Source: a virus (Duplodnaviria; Heunggongvirae; Uroviricota; Caudoviricetes). From it: DNA of 64,000 bases. The translations under genes and the position numbers were made by a program. This document shows, in pieces, positions 30,470 to 41,045 of the stretch; the stretch's first letter is position 1; each line of letters starts with the position of its first letter. The stretch lies in the IMG/VR virus record IMGVR_UViG_3300032318_002198. One strand, written 5' to 3'. A model generated the notes under the pieces. The model had not been told where the DNA came from, searched no databases, and saw only the letters and a program-made list of their open reading frames with translations.

Positions 30470-31847
30470 CACCGATTACGAAATTTTGACACCAAATGGG
30501 TGGGAAGATTTTGAAGGAATATTTTTAAATAAAAACGCAAATAAAAAATCTAAAAAAATATTGTTTTCAAACAATACATTTATTACGGCAACAAACGAAC
30601 ACAAATTTTTTAAAGATAAAAAAGAAAGTATGGTAGACACATTAAATATCGGAGATTTTTTAGATTCAGAAGACGGGCCTTTAGAAATTACTGATATTAT
30701 TGAAACAACTCTTGAAGATACCTATGAAATTTTTAATGCAACTAACCATGTAATATTTGTAAATAAGATTAATTCGCACCAGTGCGATGAATTTGCGTTC
30801 GTAGCACCAAATATTGCATCCGAATTCTGGACTTCAATATCGCCCACTTTGGCAACAGGTGGTAAAGCAATTATAACCAGCACTCCGAATAGCGACGAAG
30901 ATCAATTTGCACAAATCTGGAAAGAAGCTAATAAGAGATTTGATGAGCATGGAAATACTACTGAAGTTGGACAAAATGGATTCTTTCCGTTCAGTGCTAA
31001 ATGGAATGAACATCCCGACCGCGACGAAGCTTGGGCCAATACAGAACGTAGTCGTATCGGCGACGAAAGATTTCGCCGAGAACATGATATTGAATTCTTA
31101 GTTTTTGATGAAACTTTAATTAGTTCAATAAAATTGGCCGAATTGAAAGGTCAAGAACCTATTATGAAAATGGGTCAATGCCGTTGGTATAAAAAAATTA
31201 ATCCAAAAAATACCTATATTATTGCTTTGGATCCAAGTTTAGGTACCGGAGGTGACCCAGCAGCAATACAGGTTATAGAATTACCTACTTTCGATCAAGT
31301 TGCAGAATGGACTCACAATCTAACACCTGTTCAAGGGCAAGTTAGAATTTTAAGAGACATTTGCAATTATATTAAAGACGAAGCTGCGAGAAAGAAATCT
31401 GACGTTTCTCTCTACTATAGTATCGAAAACAATACGGTTGGCGAAGCAGCATTAGTTGCAATGAGCGAAATAGGCGAGGAAAGCGTACATGGTTTATTTT
31501 TAAGTGAACCAATTAAAAAAGGACATGCCAGACGTTTTAGAAAAGGATTCAATACAACTCATTCTAGCAAAATTGCTATATGCGCAAAATTAAAACATTT
31601 AATTGAATCAGATAGAATGAAATTAAATTCTAAACAATTAATAAGTGAACTTAAAACATATGTTGCAAAAGGAATAAGTTTTGCAGGTAAGGGTGACATG
31701 AACGATGATTTAGTTAGTGCTATTCTATTAGCCCTGAGAATGATCATGATATTACAAGAATGGGATCCAGCAGTTTATGATAAACTTAGAGAAGAAATGC
31801 AGGACGAATGGATCATGCCTATGCCGATTTATATTAACAGCTTCTAA
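30447..31847 (+). CDS. terL: 112-aa C-intein fused to terminase large subunit C-terminal half
   Basis: ILTPNGWEDF, block B TNEHKF, block F/G DTYEI...INSHQ|CDEFAFV (Walker B); ITSTP; nuclease DPSLGTGGD, ENN, DDLVSA. Confidence 0.9.
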   Translation: MEQIYCPNTDYEILTPNGWEDFEGIFLNKNANKKSKKILFSNNTFITATNEHKFFKDKKESMVDTLNIGDFLDSEDGPLEITDIIETTLEDTYEIFNATNHVIFVNKINSHQCDEFAFVAPNIASEFWTSISPTLATGGKAIITSTPNSDEDQFAQIWKEANKRFDEHGNTTEVGQNGFFPFSAKWNEHPDRDEAWANTERSRIGDERFRREHDIEFLVFDETLISSIKLAELKGQEPIMKMGQCRWYKKINPKNTYIIALDPSLGTGGDPAAIQVIELPTFDQVAEWTHNLTPVQGQVRILRDICNYIKDEAARKKSDVSLYYSIENNTVGEAALVAMSEIGEESVHGLFLSEPIKKGHARRFRKGFNTTHSSKIAICAKLKHLIESDRMKLNSKQLISELKTYVAKGISFAGKGDMNDDLVSAILLALRMIMILQEWDPAVYDKLREEMQDEWIMPMPIYINSF

Positions 31848-31875
31848 ATATCTTATATAAAAGGCTAAATACAGG

Positions 31876-33828
31876 ATGAAACCAATACAAATAATTTCTC
31901 AAGATCTGTTTGATAAAATTCGTAGTCGTTTTAATAATTTAGAAATGGGCGGCGAAGACGGCAATGTGACTATTGATCCAGCCGATGCAAGATTTTATGA
32001 TTTTGATTTTGTTATTCAAGAACAAAATTTAGGTAGAGTAAGTATCAGTATTAATGATCTTGGCAGTTTAAAAATATATTACAGTCAAGGAATTACAGAA
32101 AATCAAGATTCGGAAATTAAAAAATATTGGTATAGTTTCTTACGAGAAATGAGATATTTTGCAATGAGAAGATTATTAAGATTTGATACCAGGGACATAT
32201 CAAAAACTAATCTGGATAAAAATGATTTTCAATATCTTGCAACCACTAAGCCCAAGGATGAAAAGAATATGAACATGAATGAATCTCGTTGGACTGGTAG
32301 AAATACCAGCAAAACTAGCAGACGTGTACAAGGTAAGACACAAGTTATTGTTCGTCACAAAGATCGAGTAAACGAAATGTTACCTTCTGCTCGTAGCAAA
32401 CCATCGAATATTACTTCGATTTTTATTCAAAATGCCGACGGCGAGAGATTTAAAGCTCCATTTAATTATTTGCCTTTGGCATTTGCATTGGCTCAACATA
32501 TCGATCACGGCGGTGTACCATATGATTCACCTGCTAAAAAAATTATAGGAATGTGTGAACAAATCGCACAACTAAGTGAATTTAGAAAACATATAAAATC
32601 ATCAAAATTACATGGCGATAGTTTGGGAATTGTAGATAGGGCTGTAAGCCGTTTAAACGAACTGAAGAACACATTAGAACTATTAAGCAAACGTCGACAT
32701 TATGAATCATGGCTAGCTGAATTTAACGAAAGTGGAGAAGGAACCGAAGATGAGTTAATTGAATTATCTCCGACACAATTTGAAGATTATAAATCAAAAT
32801 TTACTCAAAGCGAATTTAACGAAACCCTAACACAATATTTTCCGCTAATACATAGTATTATGCAGGAAAAAATTAATCTAGAAGATTACGTAAGTGAAAA
32901 TGAAAACTCTGAAATAAAAAACGAAGAACAAGCAGTTAATGAATTCAATCAATTTGAAGAATGGGCAGAAATAGTCGAATCTGGCAATTTAGATGTATCT
33001 GCAATTAAGAATAATCTAAATGGACAAGATTTAGTGGCAACACTTTCTGAAATACCGTTAGGTCCCGGAGGTTCCGTAGCATGGGCTGAATTGAGTAATA
33101 TATTTGACCTAGATGAACGAGACGAAGATGACGAGGCATTGAAATCTCAATTGGCTGCAAAAGCAGAAACCGCCGATCAAACTACTGTTGGAATGGATGG
33201 CCCTGCTATGGATATTTTTAAAAGTTGGATCAAAGATACCTTCCCACAATGGCAACAAGATTTACCAGAATTATTCCAACAACAACAAGAACCCCAACAA
33301 CAAACAACTCCTCAACCTGAAACTGGTATGCAACCCGCACCAGCACCGCAACCGGGTGTAAACCCAAATGCAACACCTAGCCCTGAAATGGGGATGAATC
33401 CTGCTGCTAAACCGGTTGCCGAAGGCAAAGGCAATATGATGCAAGAAATTGCAGAAACAGTAAAACGTTTTTATAATGCATCTAACGAAGATGTTGGACC
33501 ATTTAGAAGCGAAGAATCAGTTTGTTTAGAAGTTCAAAAAACCATAAGTGAAAAATATGGTGAATCTCAAGGAAAACGAGCTGGATTGATTGCTAAGAAA
33601 TTTATGGAAAAATTAACCAAAGCATGGGAAATGAAACACCATAAAGACAAAGAAGAATTAGCACCAGTCGCCGACGACGGTTTGGCGAGATTGAAAGAGT
33701 TGCTAGGAAATGTCAAAACCAAATTTGAAAATATCAATAAAGATAATACAGAAATAAACTCAGGATCTCAAGGTATATCAGAAAGTGAAATGTCTGCAAT
33801 ATTAAAATTAGCCGGTTTGGCAAAATAA
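31876..33828 (+). CDS. Conserved large hypothetical (probable virion/head) protein
   Basis: Late promoter; acidic and Pro/Gln linkers; C-terminal ILKLAGLAK. Confidence 0.55.
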   Translation: MKPIQIISQDLFDKIRSRFNNLEMGGEDGNVTIDPADARFYDFDFVIQEQNLGRVSISINDLGSLKIYYSQGITENQDSEIKKYWYSFLREMRYFAMRRLLRFDTRDISKTNLDKNDFQYLATTKPKDEKNMNMNESRWTGRNTSKTSRRVQGKTQVIVRHKDRVNEMLPSARSKPSNITSIFIQNADGERFKAPFNYLPLAFALAQHIDHGGVPYDSPAKKIIGMCEQIAQLSEFRKHIKSSKLHGDSLGIVDRAVSRLNELKNTLELLSKRRHYESWLAEFNESGEGTEDELIELSPTQFEDYKSKFTQSEFNETLTQYFPLIHSIMQEKINLEDYVSENENSEIKNEEQAVNEFNQFEEWAEIVESGNLDVSAIKNNLNGQDLVATLSEIPLGPGGSVAWAELSNIFDLDERDEDDEALKSQLAAKAETADQTTVGMDGPAMDIFKSWIKDTFPQWQQDLPELFQQQQEPQQQTTPQPETGMQPAPAPQPGVNPNATPSPEMGMNPAAKPVAEGKGNMMQEIAETVKRFYNASNEDVGPFRSEESVCLEVQKTISEKYGESQGKRAGLIAKKFMEKLTKAWEMKHHKDKEELAPVADDGLARLKELLGNVKTKFENINKDNTEINSGSQGISESEMSAILKLAGLAK

Positions 33829-33953
33829 TTTCACCATATCTTATTGTTTTATATAAATAAAGTGTGTATATTAAAACATACACACTTTTTCTTTTTAGTC
33901 AGTGGGCTTTAAAGAAGTGGCAAATACATAATTAAACATTAAGGAGAAACATT

Positions 33954-34937
33954 ATGGCAACGTTAGCAGAAATTCGCGCAAAATTACAACAAGCAAGTCA
34001 AGGAGCAACTGGCTCCACAGGCAGTGACAATGGTGTATATCCCCATTGGAACATCGCAGAAGGTCAAACCGCAACAGTTAGATTCTTACCAGACGGCGAT
34101 TCGTCTAACACTTTTTTCTGGGTAGAAAGAGCAATGATCAAATTGCCTTTTGCCGGTGTTAAAGGTGAAACTAATTCCAAACCAGTAACAGTTCAAGTTC
34201 CATGTATGGAAATGTGGAATGAAACATGTCCTATTCTTACAGAGGTGCGCCCTTGGTTCAAGGATAAGAACTTAGAAGAAATGGGTAGAAAATATTGGAA
34301 GAAGAAGAGCTATTTGTTCCAGGGATTTGTAGTCGATTCTAAATATCAAGAAGAAGGTAAAATACCTGAAAATCCTATCCGTAGGTTTATTATCGGTAGT
34401 CAAATTTTTAACATTGTTAAGAATGCTCTTATGGATAGCGAAATCGAAGAACTACCAACAGACTATGTTCGTGGGTTAGATTTCAAGATTGCTAAGACTA
34501 GTAAGGGTGGTTATGCCGACTATTCTACTTCAAATTGGTCACGTAGAGAACGTGCTTTGAATGAAAACGAACAAGCTGCAATTAAGCAATATGGTTTGTT
34601 TAATCTTAAGGATTTCTTACCTAAGAAACCCGGAGAAGTTGAACTTAAAGTCATTAAGGAAATGTTCGAAGCCAGTGTCGACGGCGAAGCCTTTGATATG
34701 GATCGTTGGGGTCAATATTTTAAACCAGCAGGTTATGCTAGTACTGTTGCAGGTCAAGCAAGATCTAAGGTCGACGCCGATGATAGTGATGACTCGAATG
34801 TAACTACTACTGCACCGGTTGTTAAGGCCGCTGTAACAGAAGAAGCTCCTAAAGCATCATCTGCTGCTCCCAATGAAGCAAGTAGTAGAGCTGCGGAAAT
34901 TTTAAATACTATCCGCATGCGTAATGCTGCAAAATAA
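33954..34937 (+). CDS. Single-stranded DNA-binding protein (gp32-like)
   Basis: VRFLPD, CPIL, YWKK, GYADYSTS, acidic/Ala tail; TATAAATA at 33852-33859. Confidence 0.85.
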   Translation: MATLAEIRAKLQQASQGATGSTGSDNGVYPHWNIAEGQTATVRFLPDGDSSNTFFWVERAMIKLPFAGVKGETNSKPVTVQVPCMEMWNETCPILTEVRPWFKDKNLEEMGRKYWKKKSYLFQGFVVDSKYQEEGKIPENPIRRFIIGSQIFNIVKNALMDSEIEELPTDYVRGLDFKIAKTSKGGYADYSTSNWSRRERALNENEQAAIKQYGLFNLKDFLPKKPGEVELKVIKEMFEASVDGEAFDMDRWGQYFKPAGYASTVAGQARSKVDADDSDDSNVTTTAPVVKAAVTEEAPKASSAAPNEASSRAAEILNTIRMRNAAK

Positions 34938-34948
34938 GGAGATATTTA

Positions 34949-36007
34949 ATGGGAAAACCGTTTGATATTTCTAAGTTCAGAAAAAGTATTACCAAATCTA
35001 TTGATGGACTTGGAGTAGGATTTAATGATCCTACTGATTGGGTTTCGACTGGTAATTATTCGCTAAACTATCTTATAAGTGGGGACTTCTTCAAGGGGGT
35101 CCCCCTTGGTAAGGTAACAGTGTTTGCCGGCGAATCGGGTGCTGGAAAAAGCTATATTTGTTCAGGCAATATTATACGTCATGCACAAGAACAAGGCATT
35201 TATGTAATTCTTGTAGATAGCGAAAATGCTCTCGACGAATCATGGTTGCATGCACTTGGAGTGGATACCAGCGAAGAAAAATTACTTAAACTCAACATGG
35301 CAATGATCGACGATGTTGCAAAAACAATTAGTGAGTTTATGAAAGAATACAAAGTATTGCCAAAGGAAGAACGCCCTAAGGTTCTATTTGTAATCGATTC
35401 ATTGGGTATGTTGTTAACACCTACCGATTTAAATCAATTCGAAGCCGGTGATTTAAAAGGTGATATGGGACGCAAACCCAAAGCATTGACTGCTTTGGTA
35501 CGTAACTGTGTTAACATGTTTGGTAGCTATAATGTAGGATTGGTTGCTACTAATCATACCTATGCAAGCCAAGATATGTTTGATCCTGATGATAAAATCT
35601 CAGGTGGTCAGGGTTTTATATATGCTTCTAGTATAGTAGTAGCTATGAAGAAACTTAAACTTAAAGAAGACGAAGATGGTAATAAAGTCAGCGATGTACT
35701 AGGCATTCGTTCAGCATGTAAAATCATGAAGACTAGATATGCTAAACCTTTTGAATCTGTTCAAGTTAAGATTCCATATTCAACTGGAATGAGTCCTACC
35801 TCCGGATTAGTTGACATGTTCGAGAAGATGAATGTATTATCTAAAGTAGGTAATAAACTTGCTTATACAAGCAAAGAAACAAGAGAAATTGTTGCAGAGT
35901 TTCGTAAAAATTGGACCGAAGATAAGTTGATGAAAATCATGCTTGAATGGGACGAAGGCGCGCTGCAATCAGTATCAACTGAAACTACTTCATCTGAGGA
36001 AGAATAA
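34949..36007 (+). CDS. uvsX: RecA-like recombinase
   Basis: GESGAGKS, DSENA, VIDSLG, NHTY, SGG motif, KTRY. Confidence 0.92.
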   Translation: MGKPFDISKFRKSITKSIDGLGVGFNDPTDWVSTGNYSLNYLISGDFFKGVPLGKVTVFAGESGAGKSYICSGNIIRHAQEQGIYVILVDSENALDESWLHALGVDTSEEKLLKLNMAMIDDVAKTISEFMKEYKVLPKEERPKVLFVIDSLGMLLTPTDLNQFEAGDLKGDMGRKPKALTALVRNCVNMFGSYNVGLVATNHTYASQDMFDPDDKISGGQGFIYASSIVVAMKKLKLKEDEDGNKVSDVLGIRSACKIMKTRYAKPFESVQVKIPYSTGMSPTSGLVDMFEKMNVLSKVGNKLAYTSKETREIVAEFRKNWTEDKLMKIMLEWDEGALQSVSTETTSSEEE

Positions 36008-36258
36008 TGGAAGAACAACTAATTTTTGATGTCTGGGATACATTCAGAGAACATATTCCAGAAAAAGGTCGGGGTATAGCTGCCGAACAATACGTAGATT
36101 TCTTAGTCAGCAAAGATGTTGATATAGATACATTCGAAGGTTTGATGGGATATGATCCTCATCTTGATTCAGCTATTCAACTTGTATTAGATGAACATCA
36201 AAACAATGACGAAAATGAATACGAAGATTTCGAGGACGACGAAGAAGAGGACTATTAA
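36007..36258 (+). CDS. Small acidic hypothetical protein
   Basis: Coupled between uvsX and uvsY. Confidence 0.6.
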   Translation: MEEQLIFDVWDTFREHIPEKGRGIAAEQYVDFLVSKDVDIDTFEGLMGYDPHLDSAIQLVLDEHQNNDENEYEDFEDDEEEDY

Positions 36259-36713
36259 TGGGTTGGTATTCTAGAGTTAGCAAAGACATAACAAATTTGC
36301 CAGACTGCATAGAATACTTTTATAAAGAACTAGATAGTGCCAAAGCCGAAGCAAAAATCTACGGAAAAGTAGAAAAAGCTTCGGCTGATTTACCTGGAGT
36401 AGTTGAACATAGATTCAATCAATTACAGGAAATTGAAGCTATACTTGAATATCTAAATATAGAACTTCGAAAAACTCGAAGCAAAATATTTAGAAAATAT
36501 CTAGAAAATTATCAAAGAGCACTAAGCAGCCGGGATGTTGAAAAATATGTCGACGGCGAAGAAGATGTAGTAGACATGGAAAAAATTATTAACGAATTTG
36601 CCATGCTCAGAAATCAATGGTTAGGCATAACTAAAGCCTTGGAAATTAAAGGCTTTCAACTTAACAATATTATTAAATTAAGAGCCGCAGGGCTAGACGA
36701 TATAGTGATTTAA
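36258..36713 (+). CDS. uvsY: Recombination mediator
   Basis: Coiled coil, KYVDGE, KGFQLNNIIKLRAAG; synteny. Confidence 0.7.
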   Translation: MGWYSRVSKDITNLPDCIEYFYKELDSAKAEAKIYGKVEKASADLPGVVEHRFNQLQEIEAILEYLNIELRKTRSKIFRKYLENYQRALSSRDVEKYVDGEEDVVDMEKIINEFAMLRNQWLGITKALEIKGFQLNNIIKLRAAGLDDIVI

Positions 36714-36716
36714 CAT

Positions 36717-37880
36717 ATGTACAGCGAAGATTTACTTTCATTTTTGTTAAAGTCAAACATAAGAATCGATCCTTATGATCTTGTGGTTCTAAAAAGTCTG
36801 CACTCACAATATTCGTCGGGCAATCTTTTTACCGAAAAACAATCATTACTCTTAGTTAAATTATTGAAAAAATATGAACTGTGTTTACGTTCTATATATC
36901 CAAATATAGATCTTTCGGACCCAATATTTAAATCGCCATTTAGAAAAATAAATATGACGAAAAAAATATCTATAGATGCAAATCCTATAGGGAAAACAAT
37001 CAAGATTAATTTTCCTTACGACGAAACAATAGTTAATTCACTTAAGGAAATATCAAAAAGCAAAGTAACATTTGGTTATCAAGCCGGTGATAAAACTTGG
37101 ACCTGTTTACTTAATGAAAAAAATATAATCTCTCTAATGCCTTTTATTGAACAATTTCAATTCGAAGTCGAAGAAGAATTTTCTCAATATATAGATCAAA
37201 TCAACTTGATAAAAGAAAATATCGAAAAATATATCCCTTGTTTGATTTTTAACAACAATTCATATCAAATAATTAATTTACCACCTAATGTAGATATACC
37301 TCAATTAGATACATTGGAAAATGCTGTGTTTACTGCAAGAAAATTTGGAGTTACAGTTTGGGATAATGAAATAGAAAAACAAATTCACGAAGAATTTGAT
37401 GATACAACTATCAAATACTTAAAAAGTAATCCTAAGGAAATTTTTGATCCAAAAGCGATGGAAAAATCGCTCGATGACATTAAGGTGATTGTAAAAAATC
37501 TATTGCCTTGTGCGGTAATCATACCACCTGGGATTGAACTTAAGAAATTAAAAGTATCATTAGAATTTTTTAATCAAATAGGTATTGCTAACGAAGAAAT
37601 GTCAGTATTATTTAGATTATCAAATGCTACTGATGAAGAATTTAATCAATATGTCAAAGCTAATAGTTTAAATTCTCCCCTGTCTAATCAAACATCAGTG
37701 GTTTTTTTAAATCAACAATTACCTAAAACAATTTTATTGTCCAACATAAAATTTAATTCTATTTTAAATTTTAGTGGTTTTGCTTTGCAGAATTCACTAT
37801 CAAAGTTTGTACGATATCATGAAAATATCATCAATGTAGTTGATTATACTCAAGGGAGATTTTCATTTGCCAGTTTGTAA
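36717..37880 (+). CDS. Hypothetical protein
   Basis: Long ORF between uvsY and uvsW. Confidence 0.6.
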   Translation: MYSEDLLSFLLKSNIRIDPYDLVVLKSLHSQYSSGNLFTEKQSLLLVKLLKKYELCLRSIYPNIDLSDPIFKSPFRKINMTKKISIDANPIGKTIKINFPYDETIVNSLKEISKSKVTFGYQAGDKTWTCLLNEKNIISLMPFIEQFQFEVEEEFSQYIDQINLIKENIEKYIPCLIFNNNSYQIINLPPNVDIPQLDTLENAVFTARKFGVTVWDNEIEKQIHEEFDDTTIKYLKSNPKEIFDPKAMEKSLDDIKVIVKNLLPCAVIIPPGIELKKLKVSLEFFNQIGIANEEMSVLFRLSNATDEEFNQYVKANSLNSPLSNQTSVVFLNQQLPKTILLSNIKFNSILNFSGFALQNSLSKFVRYHENIINVVDYTQGRFSFASL

Positions 37881-39330
37881 AATTGAGATCATCGACGAAG
37901 TTAATGTTAAAATATCAAATTTAGATTTAGATACTAGAAAATTCTTAGTTAAGAAATTTAAATACGAAGATCCAACTGCAAGGTATCGCCCAGCATATAA
38001 GTTAGGTAGATGGGACGGTACTGTTAGTTTTTTTGGGTTAGGCGGAACTACCTATCTCTCAATGTTACCTACAGTATTAGAGTACCTCGAAGAGAGAAAT
38101 TATACAATTGAACTAGAAGATAAAAGAAATCCAATATCATTGTCATTTGATCATATAAATGAGGAATTTTGGGGGGATAAAGTATGGCCCTCGGGGCATC
38201 AACTCGAAGGCAAACTTATCAGACTAAGAGATTATCAAATAGATGTAATTAATAAATTTTTAGAAAATCCACAATCTATACAATCGGTATCAACAGGAGC
38301 CGGCAAAACTATCATAACGGCTACTTTAGCAAAAATCTGTGAGAAATACGGTAGAACAATCACTATTGTTCCTAATAAAAGTCTTGTTGAACAAACCGAA
38401 GAAGATTTTATTAATTGTGATCTTGATGTTGGAGTTTATTACGGAGATAGAAAAGACATTGGAAAAACTCATACAATCACAACTTGGCAAAGTTTAAATA
38501 TCTTAGATAAAAAAGCGAAAGATCTTCCGGCAGAAAAATTAAAATTAGAAAATTTTTTGTCCAACGTTAGTGCCGTTATTGTTGACGAATGTCATGGTGT
38601 AAAAGCCGATGTATTAAAAAATCTATTAACAAATCAACTATCTCACGTATTTGTTCGATGGGGTTTAACAGGAACTATACCCAAAGACGATATTTCTTTT
38701 ACAAATCTTAATGTTTCTTTGGGAGAAGTAGTTAATAAAGTCAGTGCTAGTAATTTACAAGAACAAGGAGTTCTTTCCAAATGTAATGTAAATATTTTAC
38801 AATTTTTAGAATATCGAGAATTTAATAGTTATGCCGAAGAATTAAAGTTTTTAGTTACAAATCAAGAAAGATTAGATTATATTGCCGAATTAATTGATCA
38901 AACTTCAAAATCGAGCAACAGTTTAATTTTAGTAGATAGAATTGAAACAGGAAAGTACTTACAATTACAAATAAAAGATAGTGTTTTTATTTCAGGTCAA
39001 GTAAAAACTAAAGATAGAAAGTCTGAGTACGATGAAGTTAAAACAGCACAAAATAAAGTAATTATCGCTACCTATGGAGTTGCGGCCGTTGGTATAAATA
39101 TTGTTAGATTACACAATTTGTTTATGATTGAACCCGGAAAAAGTTTTATAAGAGTAATACAGTCTATTGGACGAGGATTACGAAAAGGACATGACAAAAA
39201 TCATGTCGAAATATATGATATTACATCTACATGTAAGTTTTCTAAAAAACATTTAACTGAACGAAAAAAATATTATGCCGAAGCCAACTACCCTTACACC
39301 ATTAGAAAAATCAACTATTCTTCAACATAA
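37867..39330 (+). CDS. uvsW: SF2 DNA helicase
   Basis: LRDYQ, TGAGKT, DECH, GLTGT, QSIGRGLR; TTG start after AGGGAG. Confidence 0.88.
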   Translation: MPVCKIEIIDEVNVKISNLDLDTRKFLVKKFKYEDPTARYRPAYKLGRWDGTVSFFGLGGTTYLSMLPTVLEYLEERNYTIELEDKRNPISLSFDHINEEFWGDKVWPSGHQLEGKLIRLRDYQIDVINKFLENPQSIQSVSTGAGKTIITATLAKICEKYGRTITIVPNKSLVEQTEEDFINCDLDVGVYYGDRKDIGKTHTITTWQSLNILDKKAKDLPAEKLKLENFLSNVSAVIVDECHGVKADVLKNLLTNQLSHVFVRWGLTGTIPKDDISFTNLNVSLGEVVNKVSASNLQEQGVLSKCNVNILQFLEYREFNSYAEELKFLVTNQERLDYIAELIDQTSKSSNSLILVDRIETGKYLQLQIKDSVFISGQVKTKDRKSEYDEVKTAQNKVIIATYGVAAVGINIVRLHNLFMIEPGKSFIRVIQSIGRGLRKGHDKNHVEIYDITSTCKFSKKHLTERKKYYAEANYPYTIRKINYSST

Positions 39331-41017
39331 AGATAAGTTACTTAATCTCCGATTATTTAAAAAAATAAAAAATTTTTTAAATACATTAGGAATTGAGAAA
39401 ATTGACCAAACAGAATTATATGATTTATTGTTCAATTCATCGCTTAAAAATTGTAACAATTCTAAATTTGTGTCGTTTTCAGTAGGTTATCGGGCATGCG
39501 AAAAAGGATGTGAATGTTATTTAAAAAATCTTTCAAATAAGATATCAACTATAAAATCAACAACAACTGTTGAGCAACAAAAAGAAATTAATGAAAAAAG
39601 AAAACAAACTACTTATCTCAAGTATGGGGTAGAAAATGTATTTGCACTCGACGATATAAAAGAAAAGAGCAAACAAACTAAAAAATTAAAATATGGAGAT
39701 GAAAATTATCGCAATGATCAAAAAATAATAGAAACTAATATTAAAAAATATGGTGTCGATAATCCAATGAAATCGACCGAAATTAGAGAATTGTATTATA
39801 AAGATTTTATACTTAGAGATTTTGCTGCATCTGTTAGAAAAGCTAAACAAACTAAAAAATTAAAATATGGAGATGAAAATTATCGCAATGATCAAAAAAT
39901 AATAGAAACTAATATTAAAAAATATGGTGTCGATAATCCGTCAAAATCTCTGGTTGTACAACAGAAAATATCAAAAAATCTTAGATCTACCTTATATGAT
40001 AGAACTGTTGAAAGATATTCTTCATTTATAAAACCGCTGTTCGATAAAGAAAAATATTTAAATGGTTTATCTAATTCTTGGGAGTGTGTTAGATGTCAAA
40101 CCATATTGACGGGTTCTATTATTAACGGCATTATTCCGAGATGTCAGACATGCTTTCCTTATTCAATATCCAAATTTGAGTTAGAGGTTCGAGATTTTTT
40201 GAAAACATTAGTGAATCCTGATCTTTTAATATTCAATGATCGAACTTTAATATCTCCTCAAGAATTAGATATAGTAATTCCATCTAAACATCTTGCATTT
40301 GAATGCAACGGTGCATATCGACATTGCGAAAATTCCGGATTAAAATATAGAAATTATCATCTTAATAAATCTACTAATGCCACTAAATCTGGTTATTCAT
40401 TAATGCACATTTTAGATGTTGATTGGTATCATTCTCAAAATATTGTTAAATCTATGATTAAACATAAACTGGGGTTGAGCACTCGTATCGGCGCTAGAAA
40501 AACTCGATTAGTTACATTGACCCATGACCAAGCAATTAAATTTTTTAATTCAAATCATCTTCAAGGCGGTATTCCTGCGCGAATAACATATGGATTACTT
40601 GTCCAAGATCAAATTGTTGCAGCCATGAGTTTCTCAAAGTCTAGATATACAACCGATGCAACATGGGAAATTATCAGATTTTGTAATAAAAATGATCATG
40701 TTATATTAGGAGCAGCATCGAAATTATTAACGCATTTCAGAAAAAATCATTCGGGTTCTATATTAACATATGCTGATAGGAGCTTTGGTTCAACAAATTT
40801 TTATGAAGAAATTGGATTTTCGTATTTGTCAGCATCTCCTCCGGGATATCGATATTATAAAGATGGCTTATTGTTTTCAAGGATTCAATTTCAAAAACAT
40901 AAATTATCGAACTTATTACAAGAGTATGATCCAAATAAAAGTGAATGGGAAAACATGCAAAATAATGGGTTTGACAGATTATGGGATTGTGGAAATTCAA
41001 TATTTGTATTAAAATAA
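39275..41017 (+). mobile_element. Free-standing Hef-like homing endonuclease with KYGVDNP repeats
   Basis: KYGVENV/KYGVDNP repeats, CxxC, ELDIVIP...FECNG, ARK...NHLQG...RFC...YAD...LWDCG; overlaps the uvsW 3' end. Confidence 0.7.
39671..39939 (+). repeat. Exact 95-bp direct repeat (39671-39765 and 39845-39939)
   Basis: Identical aaacaaactaaaaaatt...gtcgataatcc encoding KQTKKLKYGDENYRNDQKIIETNIKKYGVDNP. Confidence 0.9.
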
Positions 41018-41045
41018 GAATATTATAATAATTAAGGAGACTAAC

